From positions 256,001 to 320,000 of the forward strand of contig JAHPZE010000001.1 in assembly GCA_019058365.1 (NCBI GenBank): a stretch of 64,000 bases of DNA, given 5' to 3'. Both the position numbers and the translations under genes were made by a program. The stretch comes from Promethearchaeota archaeon. GTDB taxonomy: Archaea > Asgardarchaeota > Lokiarchaeia > Sigyniarchaeales > SOKP01. The notes under the pieces were generated by a model. That model was given only the letters and a program-made list of their open reading frames with translations. It was not told the DNA's origin and searched no databases. How positions within the stretch are numbered: the first letter of the stretch is position 1; every line of letters begins with the position of its first letter. Below, one piece after another: positions 49,161-59,652 of the stretch.

Positions 49161-50165
49161 ATGAAAAAGTACATTTACTTTTTTAAGGGAATATTGCTTT
49201 TTTGTTTAATCATCTCAAGTATAATAGTTCTTTATTACTTCTATTATTATAATCAACGATATGAATGGTACTCTCTCGAGTTAAAAATTAATTGGATGTT
49301 CACTATAAGTTATTTTATCTTATTTTTTTACTTATTATTATTTTTAATAAATTTTCAAAATTACAATAAAATTTTTCTCGTAATAATATTAATTGGAGCT
49401 CCTTTATGGATCATACTTTATTTTTTAGAACTGTTTAAAATCGAATTTGGTTCTTTGGATTGGAATATTATTAGAGAAGCTGTTCCTATTATATGTTTTT
49501 CTATAATGTCCCCTGGACTAACCATAAATTTTATTAGATATATTAGATATAATTCGAATCAGGACATTAAAGGGAAAGTTTTTCGACATTACCATATTCA
49601 TGAAGGTTTTGTAGGTATTTTGTTTCTCGTTTTTGCTTTTTTTTTATGGATAATTCGAAATGTAATGGTCCAATATGAAATATTGAGGACCGAATTAAGA
49701 ATCTATCTAGCCATTGAGATGATTTTACTATTTTTATTCTTATTTAGTGGAAGTTTTTTAATTTTTAGGGATTGGAGAGATATAATTAAGTTTAAATTTA
49801 TTGAGAATCGAAAAAGAACCTATAATAGCAATATATCATCTATATTCCATCTAAATTCTCCAGAATCTGCACAGTTTTTTAAGTCACCAAGAGTATTATT
49901 GTATCCTTTTGGGATCTTTCTTAATAGCTTTTCCGTCAGCTTGTTTATACATGGAACAGATTTCTTTCCGGTACTGATTTTTCACCTCAATCATGAAACT
50001 CTTGTTTTAATAGGGGTTATTCTTTGTTTTATTGCAGGAGGAATGCTTGGAATAGATTGGTATCGTGTATTCGCTAAATTTTACCCAGACTTATACCAAG
50101 AATTTGAGCAAATTTTAAATGATTTAAGAAAACATGATGATTCAAATGGAAGTTCGTATAAATGA
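49161..50165 (+). CDS. Multi-pass membrane protein, unknown function
   Basis: About 8 TM; HYHIHEG motif and two related (R/I)DW segments. Confidence 0.7.
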   Translation: MKKYIYFFKGILLFCLIISSIIVLYYFYYYNQRYEWYSLELKINWMFTISYFILFFYLLLFLINFQNYNKIFLVIILIGAPLWIILYFLELFKIEFGSLDWNIIREAVPIICFSIMSPGLTINFIRYIRYNSNQDIKGKVFRHYHIHEGFVGILFLVFAFFLWIIRNVMVQYEILRTELRIYLAIEMILLFLFLFSGSFLIFRDWRDIIKFKFIENRKRTYNSNISSIFHLNSPESAQFFKSPRVLLYPFGIFLNSFSVSLFIHGTDFFPVLIFHLNHETLVLIGVILCFIAGGMLGIDWYRVFAKFYPDLYQEFEQILNDLRKHDDSNGSSYK

Positions 50166-50235
50166 ACGCTTAAATAGTTTTTTTCATATATTTATTACAA
50201 ATTTAAAAATAAAGTAGATTTGGAATCTTTCTTAA

Positions 50236-50466
50236 GTGATAAAATTGAAGAAAAAAGTTGAGTTAGATTTAATCTTAGGCGTTTTTTTATTTTCATTTGG
50301 ATTAATTTCTATTGTTTACAGTGTTTTTGCATTGATTATTAATTTATTTTTTATACGTTTAGCAAGTATCATTCTCATTAAAGATATATTTTTTGAGATT
50401 GTGTTTGTACTTCTTGGTTTTCTTCTAATTAGAAAGAAAAAGATGAAAAATTTTCTTGTTCATTAA
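50236..50466 (+). CDS. Small two-TM membrane protein
   Basis: Two hydrophobic helices with basic ends. Confidence 0.5.
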   Translation: MIKLKKKVELDLILGVFLFSFGLISIVYSVFALIINLFFIRLASIILIKDIFFEIVFVLLGFLLIRKKKMKNFLVH

Positions 50467-50543
50467 ATTAAAAGCAATCTTCACTAGTTTAATTATCTAA
50501 AAGAAGATATACAAAATTTTATTAATTCTTTTGGTTTTTAATT

Positions 50544-51323
50544 TCAATAAGAATTTGGGTCAAATCCAAACAATTTATCTTCGATTTTATTCTTAATTTC
50601 TTTTGATACATTATTTACAATATCTTCATCAATATTTTCTAAATATTCATTAAGGGTTTTTTCAATGATTGGTTCGATTTGGCTTGAAAATACATTCAAT
50701 ATTTCATGTTTCTTTAGGTATGAATCACTATACGTTTGTAAATGGCTTTTATTTAACTTTTTTAACCATGCTTTTCCCTTGTTTTCTAACATACTAAGAA
50801 TTTTCCTAGATCTTGCGGCATTAAAATGAGTAAACTCAAATTCAAATTTTATGATCTTATCTTCAAAGTATTCTATAATTTGTTTTTTTTCTTTTAAACT
50901 TAAGTCTGTTTTAGAATTGAGAAAAAAAATAATCATATATTTATTAAATAAAAAAAAAATTTGAACCTTAATATTTGAACCATGTATTTCTAAATTCGAT
51001 AAATTTTGGATGTTTGTTTGACCTGCAAAAGTACTAAATGAACTAAAATACATTGATATTAAGTCAATTTCTAAAAGGCTTTTCTGATGTTCAGATAAAT
51101 ATGATTTTATAGGTCCATAATTATCCTCATTTTTATAATCATATTCAAATACCATTAGAGTATTTCCATGTTGATCTGCTATTAAACATCCAAATATTGG
51201 GGGAATTTTGTTAAAATTACAAGAAATATATGCACTTTCAATTAACATATTTTCTAGATTATTTTTAGAATTCTCATTATTGTTGTCTACTCTCAAGCAA
51301 AAATTATTTTGACTAGATACCAT
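50544..51323 (-). CDS. Longin/roadblock-like (profilin-fold) domain protein
   Basis: IFGCLIADQHGNTLMVFEY...LISMYFSSFSTFAGQTN..NLSNLEIHG..IKVQIF...YMIIFFLN matches the beta-beta-helix-beta3-helix pattern. Confidence 0.55.
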   Translation of the reverse strand: MVSSQNNFCLRVDNNNENSKNNLENMLIESAYISCNFNKIPPIFGCLIADQHGNTLMVFEYDYKNEDNYGPIKSYLSEHQKSLLEIDLISMYFSSFSTFAGQTNIQNLSNLEIHGSNIKVQIFFLFNKYMIIFFLNSKTDLSLKEKKQIIEYFEDKIIKFEFEFTHFNAARSRKILSMLENKGKAWLKKLNKSHLQTYSDSYLKKHEILNVFSSQIEPIIEKTLNEYLENIDEDIVNNVSKEIKNKIEDKLFGFDPNSY

Positions 51324-51495
51324 TAATTTAGCCTTAATTATTAATATGAATAAAAATCAAGCATAAACAATTAAAAACACAAATCTCTTTAAAAATGTAA
51401 AAGAGATTACTTATTTTTAAAAAAAGTAAAATTCATCATTTATTAGAAAATTAAAATAATCTATGTACTAACACATTACAGAGAGGAGGATAGGT

Positions 51496-52455
51496 ATGTA
51501 TGGGGAAATAATGGCGATTCTTACAGGAATCTCTTTTGCACTTTCATTTGTATTAGCTAGAAAGATAGAAAACGAAGCAACACCGATTTTTCAGAATACA
51601 ATACGATCAATAGTAGGATTTATAACATTTCTAATAATATGTTTATCTTTTGGTATTTTTCTTGAGATATTTTCATTATCTATTATGCTCATATTAATTT
51701 TAGTGATAAGTATTTCATTTACGGTTATTTTAGGAGATACTGCTTATCTTCAATCACAAAAGATTTTAGGACCCGCTAAAGCTCTTGCTCTGACTACTAC
51801 AACTCCATTCTTTACAATTTTATTTGCTTTTTTCTTTTTAAAACGCTTAATATCAATTCAAATGATTTTTTCGGGGATATTAATTGGAATAGGAGTAATA
51901 ATAATAACAAGAGGGGAAAGTAATAATCTCAATAATAGAGATCCTTTTTTTTTTCAATCTCAACAGTATAATAATCAAAGGGATTTAAATAAAACTCATC
52001 TTCCCAAGACGATCAAAGGAACGCTTTTAGCTCTAATTACAGCAATCTCTTGGGCTATTGGAATTGCTTTAACAGATTATTCAATTAATCAAGTCGATTA
52101 CATATTGAATTTAGGAATATTAAGTACAATGATAGCTATGATGGTAAGGTTTCTATTTGCTTCTATTTCATTGAGTATAATTGCAGTAATAGAGGGAACA
52201 AGAACACCGATACCTAAGAATCGAAATACTTGGATCATTCTACTCATTTCTGCTATACTGAGTTATTCAATAGGGAGTATATTTTTCGGAGAAGCTGTTC
52301 ATATAGCTGGGGCAACTTTTATGTCTCTTATCTCCACAGCAATGCCATTATTTACAATCCCCTTCTCTTATGCAATAAATAAAGAAAAAATTTCAATGAA
52401 AGGATTTTCAGGAGTAATAATAACATTAATTGGTGTTCTATTACTTTTTATATAA
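51496..52455 (+). CDS. DMT/EamA-family transporter
   Basis: Two 5-TM EamA repeats (LGDTAYL...TPFFT; IGSIFF...MPLFT). Confidence 0.9.
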   Translation: MYGEIMAILTGISFALSFVLARKIENEATPIFQNTIRSIVGFITFLIICLSFGIFLEIFSLSIMLILILVISISFTVILGDTAYLQSQKILGPAKALALTTTTPFFTILFAFFFLKRLISIQMIFSGILIGIGVIIITRGESNNLNNRDPFFFQSQQYNNQRDLNKTHLPKTIKGTLLALITAISWAIGIALTDYSINQVDYILNLGILSTMIAMMVRFLFASISLSIIAVIEGTRTPIPKNRNTWIILLISAILSYSIGSIFFGEAVHIAGATFMSLISTAMPLFTIPFSYAINKEKISMKGFSGVIITLIGVLLLFI

Positions 52456-52485
52456 AAAAATTAAAAATAAAAAAAAATAGTTAAT

Positions 52486-55400
52486 TTAAGTTACTAAAAT
52501 AAAATCTTCTTCTGATACATGTATAATAACATTATCAACAATTAAAGTCCATTTAAATCTTATTATGATATCACTGGTGGTGCTATTAATAAATCCATTT
52601 AAAATCAAACCTTCCCCAGAATAAAGAATATCATTAATTATTGTAAAATTAACACCAGAATAAACACCATAACTGAATGTTTTATTTTCTAACGGATAAT
52701 AAACAGGTGGGACTATAACTGAAAACACCCCGCCTCCTTCTCGATATAGTGACAAATTAACTTTGACATTATATCCTGGAGCTATGATACTTTCATTTAA
52801 ATTCTCGAGTTCTATTCTAAACCTTGCGAGATCATCTGGTAATGACATTGAGGTATCCATTTCAAAGTTAAATGCTATTGTATATATTTTAACATCTACT
52901 ATTATCGTATTTGTTGTTGTATTACCGAATTCATTAGATGCTTGGACAAAATATTCATAAATCCCCGTATTTAATTCTGAAATTGCATACGATGTTTGCG
53001 AATTAGGTAAATTACTTACAATTAAACTATTGTTTTTATAGATTGAATAGCTATCAGCAAATTGAGATTCTGTCCAATTTAATACAAATGATCCATCAAT
53101 ATCTGGATTATCAGCATCAGTTGACAAAGTAAAGGTCCCCGGCTTAAAGTTTTCTAGATTATTGTAGGCATCAAAAGCGTCAGCACCATATCCCACTTTT
53201 CTGGTAAATGCCTCTACAAATCCTGCTAATTTTAATTGTTGTAAACCACCAACTGTACTGTAAGTTGGTATGTAGAAGTAAACTGAACCCCCAAGAGGAT
53301 ATAATAAGATATTTCCCTCTCTAGCACCAGCAATTAGGGTAATCTGTTGAGTTGCTTCCGTTTCATATGTATCTTTCGCAGTTTTAGGGCCAATTAGATT
53401 TTCTGGCAAGTTTCTAGTATGGTAAAAAAGTGCTTCTCCGAAATGTTCTCCATGTCTTACGACATACATACCTGCTAATGTATTTGCCTTTGAACCTTTA
53501 TATTCTACTAAATCTAACCCAACATATTCAATTCCATCTCCAAGATTTGTTTCAATATAAAAAAGATCTCCATTTTCTGGCCTTTCATGGAAGTCATCTG
53601 CTCGCTTCCATGTTTTTAGTTCTTGAACATGATATATGTAATTTGCCGCTAATTGCATTTCGAATAAATCTTCGGGATATCTCAACTGGCTTTTCAACCA
53701 TGGTGGAACATCTTGCCAGTTATAGACTTCCATGTAATATTTCCAAGCAAAATAAGTTGGATCATCACTTGATTCAATTAAACTAGGATTTTTGTAAAAT
53801 TCCATTTCACCATTAGTTACATCAACCAAACAAACACCTAAAAATCTTAATATTGGAAATTGTGAATATGAGCCAATATTTATTGACGTATAAATTGAAA
53901 CTGCATAATACATCTTTTTATTATCTCGATCAAAAACTAAATAAGGATCATTGTCTACTCTTAATTGAGGCAAAAGAATGTCATTTACTCGGTTTTTAAC
54001 GTTTCTATTGATTAAAAATTGTTTTTCTCCTCCTTGGAAAACATACCCCCATAACCCTAAACTAGCTGTATACCAGAAAGCTTCCAAACCTTCAAGTACT
54101 CCATCTGGTTCACCATTATAAACGTATATATTATTTGGAATTCCACCTCTCCATTCAGTTCCCAGTAAAATACTTGAATCGTAAGCACCTAAGCTTGAAC
54201 TAGTTAAACCTTCTGTTTCAAGAAATTTTTGACTTTCAGATTCACCAAAAAAGATTGGATAATTTTCGTCAATATTAAAAATCAAACTTATATTAACTAA
54301 TTCTCCTTTGTTTGTATCCAATGCTAAGAATCCTTCAATATGATCATATAATTCAGTAGAGACTTTCACTGGATCTCCAGCAAATTGTGATAATCTGATT
54401 GTTTTTGGCGCGACCCAATATTCTGTTCCATTTAAAAAAACGATATCAGAATCTGCTAAACCTTCATATGTAGTACCAATCTTTGCAGCTAGACTCTGAA
54501 CAGCAAAAGATTGGTCAAATTGTCTTATCCTTTCTAACATTTGGGTATCGTTTGCAGGTGACGATGATAATGTGAAATTTTCAATTGGTCTTTCCTCAAA
54601 CATATCTAACCCGGCACATTCTCTTGTCCACATGATTTCTCTTTGGATTCTTCTATCCCATTCGTAGTTTGAATAAACAGAGGTATTACTTACTGTGATT
54701 AATGGACCAACACTTATTATCATGGGTACTATTATTATCCCTATTATCACACCAGTCATTATCCATATTTTCAAATCTTTAGGATTTAAAATCATTCTAG
54801 ATTTTGGATTTTTGGCTAATTCAAGGCGACCTATAATATAAACTATTACCCCAAATCCAATAAGGGCAAAAAAGGCTAATATCAATGACCACATCTGTAT
54901 TATTTCAATCCCATTTAAGGCAAAAGCGGGTAAGTAAAGAAATATTATCCCACAAATCAAACTACCTATTAATAGGGAATTTGCTAATATGTTATAATCG
55001 TTTCTCTTCAAGTAATAATTACTTCCAATGTTTAAAATCGAGCGAAAAATACATACTCCAAGAATATAAAAAATCAGCGGTAAATATACCCTCGTATAAA
55101 TGAATATAAAATCAAGGTTCATATTATTCTGGTTTAATAAGACATTGAAAGCATCAGTAAAAACAGTAATCGGAGAGATACCAATTTCCCCTTTTTCTAT
55201 CAAGTATATAGCCCAAGAAAATTGACCATCAATATCAAGTACAAAACCTATAAGGTAAAATAGAGCAAAACCAGCTGTCCACCAAAAAATTAAGGCTTTT
55301 AATATCGACGGTTTACCAAATCCTAACCGTGTGCCAATAATAGTTAATAGATTTCTATTAGGTGGTAGACTCATTATGATACATCCTATTATTGCCCCAA

Positions 55401-55791
55401 TCAAGGCTGTCTTATTAAAAAAGAAATTGGTTGACCAGAAATTAAGAAAATAAACCTCATAATAACTAATAAGTCCAGCCGCCTTATTCTCATATAGTTG
55501 AGCATTAAGATGAATTGGACCAAACCAAGCAGGCCACCACCACAAGATAGATAGAACAACGATAACTATAGCTATAATAGGTAAACCGATCTTTAGATAT
55601 TTTTTTATTTTCGGTTTAGATTGAAATATACCAAGTTTCAGCGGTTTTATTGTTGGAGGTTCTTCATCAAACGATTCCCCTCGTTCTAACCTTTCTATTT
55701 TCTTTTGAAATTCATGCTTTCTATTCGCTTCTTGGCAATCATTACAGTAATAATTGAATTTTTTGTGTTTCTTGCAACTTTTCTTAGCCAT
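52486..55791 (-). CDS. UPF0182-family membrane protein with C-terminal FN3/Ig-like domains
   Basis: Multi-TM N-terminus; PIFFGE, LINRNVKNRV...DNDPYLV, QLRYPEDLF..Q...YH, GNILLYPLGGSVYFYIP; FN3-like LNW...SYSIY...YEYFVQASNEFG. Confidence 0.8.
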   Translation of the reverse strand: MAKKSCKKHKKFNYYCNDCQEANRKHEFQKKIERLERGESFDEEPPTIKPLKLGIFQSKPKIKKYLKIGLPIIAIVIVVLSILWWWPAWFGPIHLNAQLYENKAAGLISYYEVYFLNFWSTNFFFNKTALIGAIIGCIIMSLPPNRNLLTIIGTRLGFGKPSILKALIFWWTAGFALFYLIGFVLDIDGQFSWAIYLIEKGEIGISPITVFTDAFNVLLNQNNMNLDFIFIYTRVYLPLIFYILGVCIFRSILNIGSNYYLKRNDYNILANSLLIGSLICGIIFLYLPAFALNGIEIIQMWSLILAFFALIGFGVIVYIIGRLELAKNPKSRMILNPKDLKIWIMTGVIIGIIIVPMIISVGPLITVSNTSVYSNYEWDRRIQREIMWTRECAGLDMFEERPIENFTLSSSPANDTQMLERIRQFDQSFAVQSLAAKIGTTYEGLADSDIVFLNGTEYWVAPKTIRLSQFAGDPVKVSTELYDHIEGFLALDTNKGELVNISLIFNIDENYPIFFGESESQKFLETEGLTSSSLGAYDSSILLGTEWRGGIPNNIYVYNGEPDGVLEGLEAFWYTASLGLWGYVFQGGEKQFLINRNVKNRVNDILLPQLRVDNDPYLVFDRDNKKMYYAVSIYTSINIGSYSQFPILRFLGVCLVDVTNGEMEFYKNPSLIESSDDPTYFAWKYYMEVYNWQDVPPWLKSQLRYPEDLFEMQLAANYIYHVQELKTWKRADDFHERPENGDLFYIETNLGDGIEYVGLDLVEYKGSKANTLAGMYVVRHGEHFGEALFYHTRNLPENLIGPKTAKDTYETEATQQITLIAGAREGNILLYPLGGSVYFYIPTYSTVGGLQQLKLAGFVEAFTRKVGYGADAFDAYNNLENFKPGTFTLSTDADNPDIDGSFVLNWTESQFADSYSIYKNNSLIVSNLPNSQTSYAISELNTGIYEYFVQASNEFGNTTTNTIIVDVKIYTIAFNFEMDTSMSLPDDLARFRIELENLNESIIAPGYNVKVNLSLYREGGGVFSVIVPPVYYPLENKTFSYGVYSGVNFTIINDILYSGEGLILNGFINSTTSDIIIRFKWTLIVDNVIIHVSEEDFILVT

Positions 55792-56165
55792 AAAAATTCA
55801 TCATTTTATATAAAATTAAAAATTGAAATTAATTTGTATATAAAAATTGAAAACATAAATCATTTATGTTTAACATTAAAAGGTAGATCTAATTTCTGCT
55901 TGGAATTATTATTTGAAATCAGTTGAAAACAAATGGATTGTATAAAGAACTGCCTAAAAAGTTCTTTTGTATCTTATACTCTTCTATAGATAAAAATTAT
56001 AATTATTTATTTATATATATTTGAAAATTTATCAAAGATAATTACGTATAAAAAGGAAATAAATGAATCTTAGTCATAACATTTAAATATATACTCTTAT
56101 CTACTAGATTGGGGATAATTGAATAATAATTATAAATTAAAGTATAAGGCGAAAAAACTAACATT

Positions 56166-56270
56166 ATGAGTATGAAAGAGTTTTATGAAATTCTTTTGGG
56201 GCTTATTGGACTTTCTAGTTTAGCAGCTCTAGGTATTGCCTTATTAATCATTATGGGTATATTTATTTAA
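56166..56270 (+). CDS. 34-aa single-TM small protein, not in ORF track
   Basis: MSMKEFYEILLGLIGLSSLAALGIALLIIMGIFI; fills the intergenic gap, convergent on the next gene. Confidence 0.5.
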   Translation: MSMKEFYEILLGLIGLSSLAALGIALLIIMGIFI

Positions 56271-56281
56271 TTATTTCGTCT

Positions 56282-56647
56282 TTATAGATTAAATTTCTTT
56301 CTATTTTCATCTGTATTTTCATAAATACACCATTCAGCGACAAGATCATTTTCAATCTTGGCTATCCATATGGCATAATCTTCTGCTAAAGAATCCTTAG
56401 ACCATTTGGCATACCCGATTAAAATTACCAAATTATCTCTTGATACTACTCTTTTAAAATAATTTTTGTAGGTGGGGAAGTTGCTAAAAAATTCTTTCCA
56501 CCCATTAATCATGTCTCCATAACGATTTCCTGAACGATCCATAAATATATGGTCTTCTGTCATGAGATTGGTAAGACCCTCAATATCTTGGTTATTAATA
56601 TATTCATTAAATTGTAAGGCAGTTAATTTTGGATCTTTTAAATTCAT
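56282..56647 (-). CDS. SnoaL/NTF2-like protein
   Basis: FNEYINNQDIEGLTNLMTEDHIF...IAKIENDLVAEW. Confidence 0.85.
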   Translation of the reverse strand: MNLKDPKLTALQFNEYINNQDIEGLTNLMTEDHIFMDRSGNRYGDMINGWKEFFSNFPTYKNYFKRVVSRDNLVILIGYAKWSKDSLAEDYAIWIAKIENDLVAEWCIYENTDENRKKFNL

Positions 56648-56761
56648 TATATTATCTCGTTGAAATTACATTGGGATTTACACAAAATTCTATGATTTTT
56701 TTCTAATTGCACATAATATAAATATTTCCTAAAATTTATGGTATTTAAATTAGACTAATTA

Positions 56762-57139
56762 ATGATTAAAATGATTTTCCAATCTTTTGAAGAAGTAATG
56801 TGGTTTTTGGTTTTTTATCTTATAGTTCTTGTAATAATGGCAATTTTTTTAAGCATAGCATTAAGCTTCTTTAGCAAAGCAAAAAACACTAATTTCGGAA
56901 GGGTTTTTTTAACAGCATTCTTAATAACTGTAACCTTTGCTTTAACTTTTCTGTATTTAGAAGGCTGGCTTGCATGGTTAGTGGCATTAATTCTAACCTG
57001 GATAATTATTAGTGTTAGCCATAATGTCGGGCTTTTGAGTGCAATAGTCATAACTGTTATAGCTTTCCTAATTTACGTTCTCGTTGTCATTTTAATTGCA
57101 GCGTTATTACATGTAACTATCGATATATTACCATTTTAA
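56762..57139 (+). CDS. Small four-TM membrane protein
   Basis: Four hydrophobic segments in 125 aa. Confidence 0.7.
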   Translation: MIKMIFQSFEEVMWFLVFYLIVLVIMAIFLSIALSFFSKAKNTNFGRVFLTAFLITVTFALTFLYLEGWLAWLVALILTWIIISVSHNVGLLSAIVITVIAFLIYVLVVILIAALLHVTIDILPF

Positions 57140-57211
57140 ATCTCCTTCTTTTTTCTTTTTTTATCTTAATATCTTAACCTTCCTGGCTTAATATTAAAGA
57201 TATCTTTGAAC

Positions 57212-57364
57212 TCAAAATATTATATTTTTACTTTTCCATAATTTAATGAGTCTTTTGAAGTCTTCAACTGAGATTCCTAAATCATCTTTCTTATACTTCT
57301 TTTTTTTTATTTGTTGTGGTTTAGTTCTTAATTCCAATTCCCAATCATAGTAAGATTTTGTCAT
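57212..57364 (-). CDS. 50-aa basic small protein, not in ORF track
   Basis: MTKSYYDWELELRTKPQQIKKKKYKKDDLGISVEDFKRLIKLWKSKNIIF. Confidence 0.45.
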   Translation of the reverse strand: MTKSYYDWELELRTKPQQIKKKKYKKDDLGISVEDFKRLIKLWKSKNIIF

Positions 57365-57463
57365 AAGAAAAAGATTAAATTATTTTCAAATAAATTGAGA
57401 GAGTCCGACAAATTTCAGAAAAAAGTATTTTAATTATTTTAAAAATCGAAAATTTTAAATTTT

Positions 57464-57953
57464 TTACTCTCCTCTCTCGATTCCACAACTAGGACATATT
57501 TTGGCGGATTCTTCTATTTGACTTCCACAAAATGAGCAATATTTAATTTTTTGTCCTTGAATAATGCTAGGTTCCGGGATTTTTTCCTGTCTAGCAGATA
57601 TTCCATAGGTTTTAAGCAAAGTAAACAAATGAGAGAAAAGACCATTATACCACGATTGCTTTAATTTTTCAACTCTAAATATAGTTCGGGAAAGAGGTAT
57701 TGCATCAACTCTTATTAATGTTTGGTTTCCTTCCAGAGTATAAAAATTTATCAGTATTCACTTTTTCCAGTTTGGATCGTGCCCAGTATGAGTTCTCATA
57801 GTTCCTTGCTTTGCTTCGATAAATGTATGTGGGGTTGATGTTTTAATTTTAGTTTTATATTGACTATTTAACCATTGCATTGTAAGCTCAAATGCTCTTT
57901 GAGCATTAATTAGTACTTTTTCTTCGAAAATTACATTTACGTTAAAAATACAT
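57464..57953 (-). pseudogene. Zinc-ribbon protein gene with in-frame TGA and probable 5' frameshift
   Basis: Continuous frame NVNVIFEEK...DPNWKK*ILINFY...YCSFCGSQIEESAKICPSCG; TGA at 57760-57758; the ATG at 57953 is one base out of frame in a T run. Confidence 0.65.
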
Positions 57954-58202
57954 CAACTTATAATCACTTATTTACTTATCATAAAAATACAAAACAACAT
58001 TAAAATTCTTTTACATATTTAATTGATATTTATTGGTTGTACTAATTAAGAAGAGAGAGGAAATATAAAAAAATTCACATCTTAGGGGTAATACAAATAA
58101 GGATATAACTTGGGAATACTTCAAAACCTAATATAGTATTAAAGATTAAATAAAATACTCTATTGTTGATCTATTTCATAAGTTTGTTGATATTTGTAGA
58201 AG

Positions 58203-58712
58203 TCATTGAGGTTTAAATCCATTATTCAAAATTATTTTTGTAGCCATCTTAGCAACTTTCCCTACAACAGTAGAACAATGTTCTATCATTCCTGATTTAA
58301 ATGCTTCTTTCTGCTCATCAGGATTCCAGAGATTATATGTCCTTCCCACCAGTTTCTCTTGAACGTCATAACATCTGCAGGATCCATATTTTTTTATATA
58401 CTTATCATGCAATTGCTTGACTAATTCATATGATTTCTCCGGTTTATACCTATCCTTAAAATCTTTACGTTCTCTTCCAAAAAAGTATCCAATTGCCATT
58501 GAAGCGCCCACTAAGGCACCACAAGAACCATCTCCGGTTAAACCTAAACCATCCGCTAAACCGCTTGCTGCTTTGAAAACATCTTCATTCCATATCCCCA
58601 ATGAATCAAAAATGGCCGCTATAGCAGTCTGAGAACATCCCGTACATTCTTTTTCGTATTGTTTTCCTAATTCAAATGCCTTTTTAACAATTTGTTCGTT
58701 CAATTCTATCAT
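58203..58712 (-). CDS. C-GCAxxG-C-C family putative redox protein
   Basis: CTGCSQT, GSCGALVG, YGSCRC, EHC. Confidence 0.88.
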   Translation of the reverse strand: MIELNEQIVKKAFELGKQYEKECTGCSQTAIAAIFDSLGIWNEDVFKAASGLADGLGLTGDGSCGALVGASMAIGYFFGRERKDFKDRYKPEKSYELVKQLHDKYIKKYGSCRCYDVQEKLVGRTYNLWNPDEQKEAFKSGMIEHCSTVVGKVAKMATKIILNNGFKPQ

Positions 58713-58825
58713 AATTCTTGAAGTATTTGATACTAAATAAAAAATTTCAGTTTAATCTTTAGAATAAAAATTAAATGGATTTAACTATTTTCTCGATTAA
58801 TTAAATTAATCGAGTTATCTAAGAT

Positions 58826-59623
58826 TTGAATACTTTCCCATATAGACCATTTGAATCTAGGATTGATAAAATTCTAAAAAGAATACCAGCACTTGGTAAA
58901 CTACTTTCTAGTTTGTTTGGTCTTGTTGAACGCATGATTCTTGATTTATTTCGAAAAATTGATATGAAATTTAATATATACACGATGGGAATTGTTAATA
59001 AGTTTATTTTAAGGGGCAGATGGGGTGGAAAAGTCATTCCTTTAAACAAGAATATTAGTTATGATGCAAAATTCATATCTTCCCAAGAAATATTAAAAAT
59101 ATTAGAGCGTTCATCGGTAAGGGGGATTAGTTGGTGCTATTGTAGAACTACTCAACGAAAATATGAAACGCCAAATTGCGATCACCCGATAAATACATGT
59201 ATACATTTTGGTTTTGGGAAGACTCTTTATGAAATACCCTTTAAATCGTACAATCTAAAAAAAGTGTCAAAAAAAGAAATTATTGATTTATTAGAAGAAT
59301 GCGATGAGAGAGGTCTCGTTCATCAATTAATTTATTTTCCAAATCCACAATTTTACTATATCATATGCAACTGTTGTCCATGTTGCTGTGTTATTCTTAA
59401 TAAATTTATTAAGTATGGTTCTCCGCAGATGGTTAAAAGTGATTTCATCGCAAACACTAATTTAACTAAATGTACTAATTGTGGGACGTGTGAAACATGG
59501 TGTTATTTTGGGGCAAGACATCTTATTGATAATAAATTACATTTCAATTCAATACATTGTTTTGGATGTGGTACTTGTGTCTCAAAATGCCCTAATAAGG
59601 CAATAACATTAATAAAGAAATAA
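58826..59623 (+). CDS. 4Fe-4S dicluster protein
   Basis: CYCR, CDHPINTC, GLVHQ, ICNCCPCCC, CTNCGTCETWC, CFGCGTCVSKCP. Confidence 0.88.
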   Translation: MNTFPYRPFESRIDKILKRIPALGKLLSSLFGLVERMILDLFRKIDMKFNIYTMGIVNKFILRGRWGGKVIPLNKNISYDAKFISSQEILKILERSSVRGISWCYCRTTQRKYETPNCDHPINTCIHFGFGKTLYEIPFKSYNLKKVSKKEIIDLLEECDERGLVHQLIYFPNPQFYYIICNCCPCCCVILNKFIKYGSPQMVKSDFIANTNLTKCTNCGTCETWCYFGARHLIDNKLHFNSIHCFGCGTCVSKCPNKAITLIKK

Positions 59624-59652
59624 AAAAAAAGAAAAAAACTGTGTATTTATTT

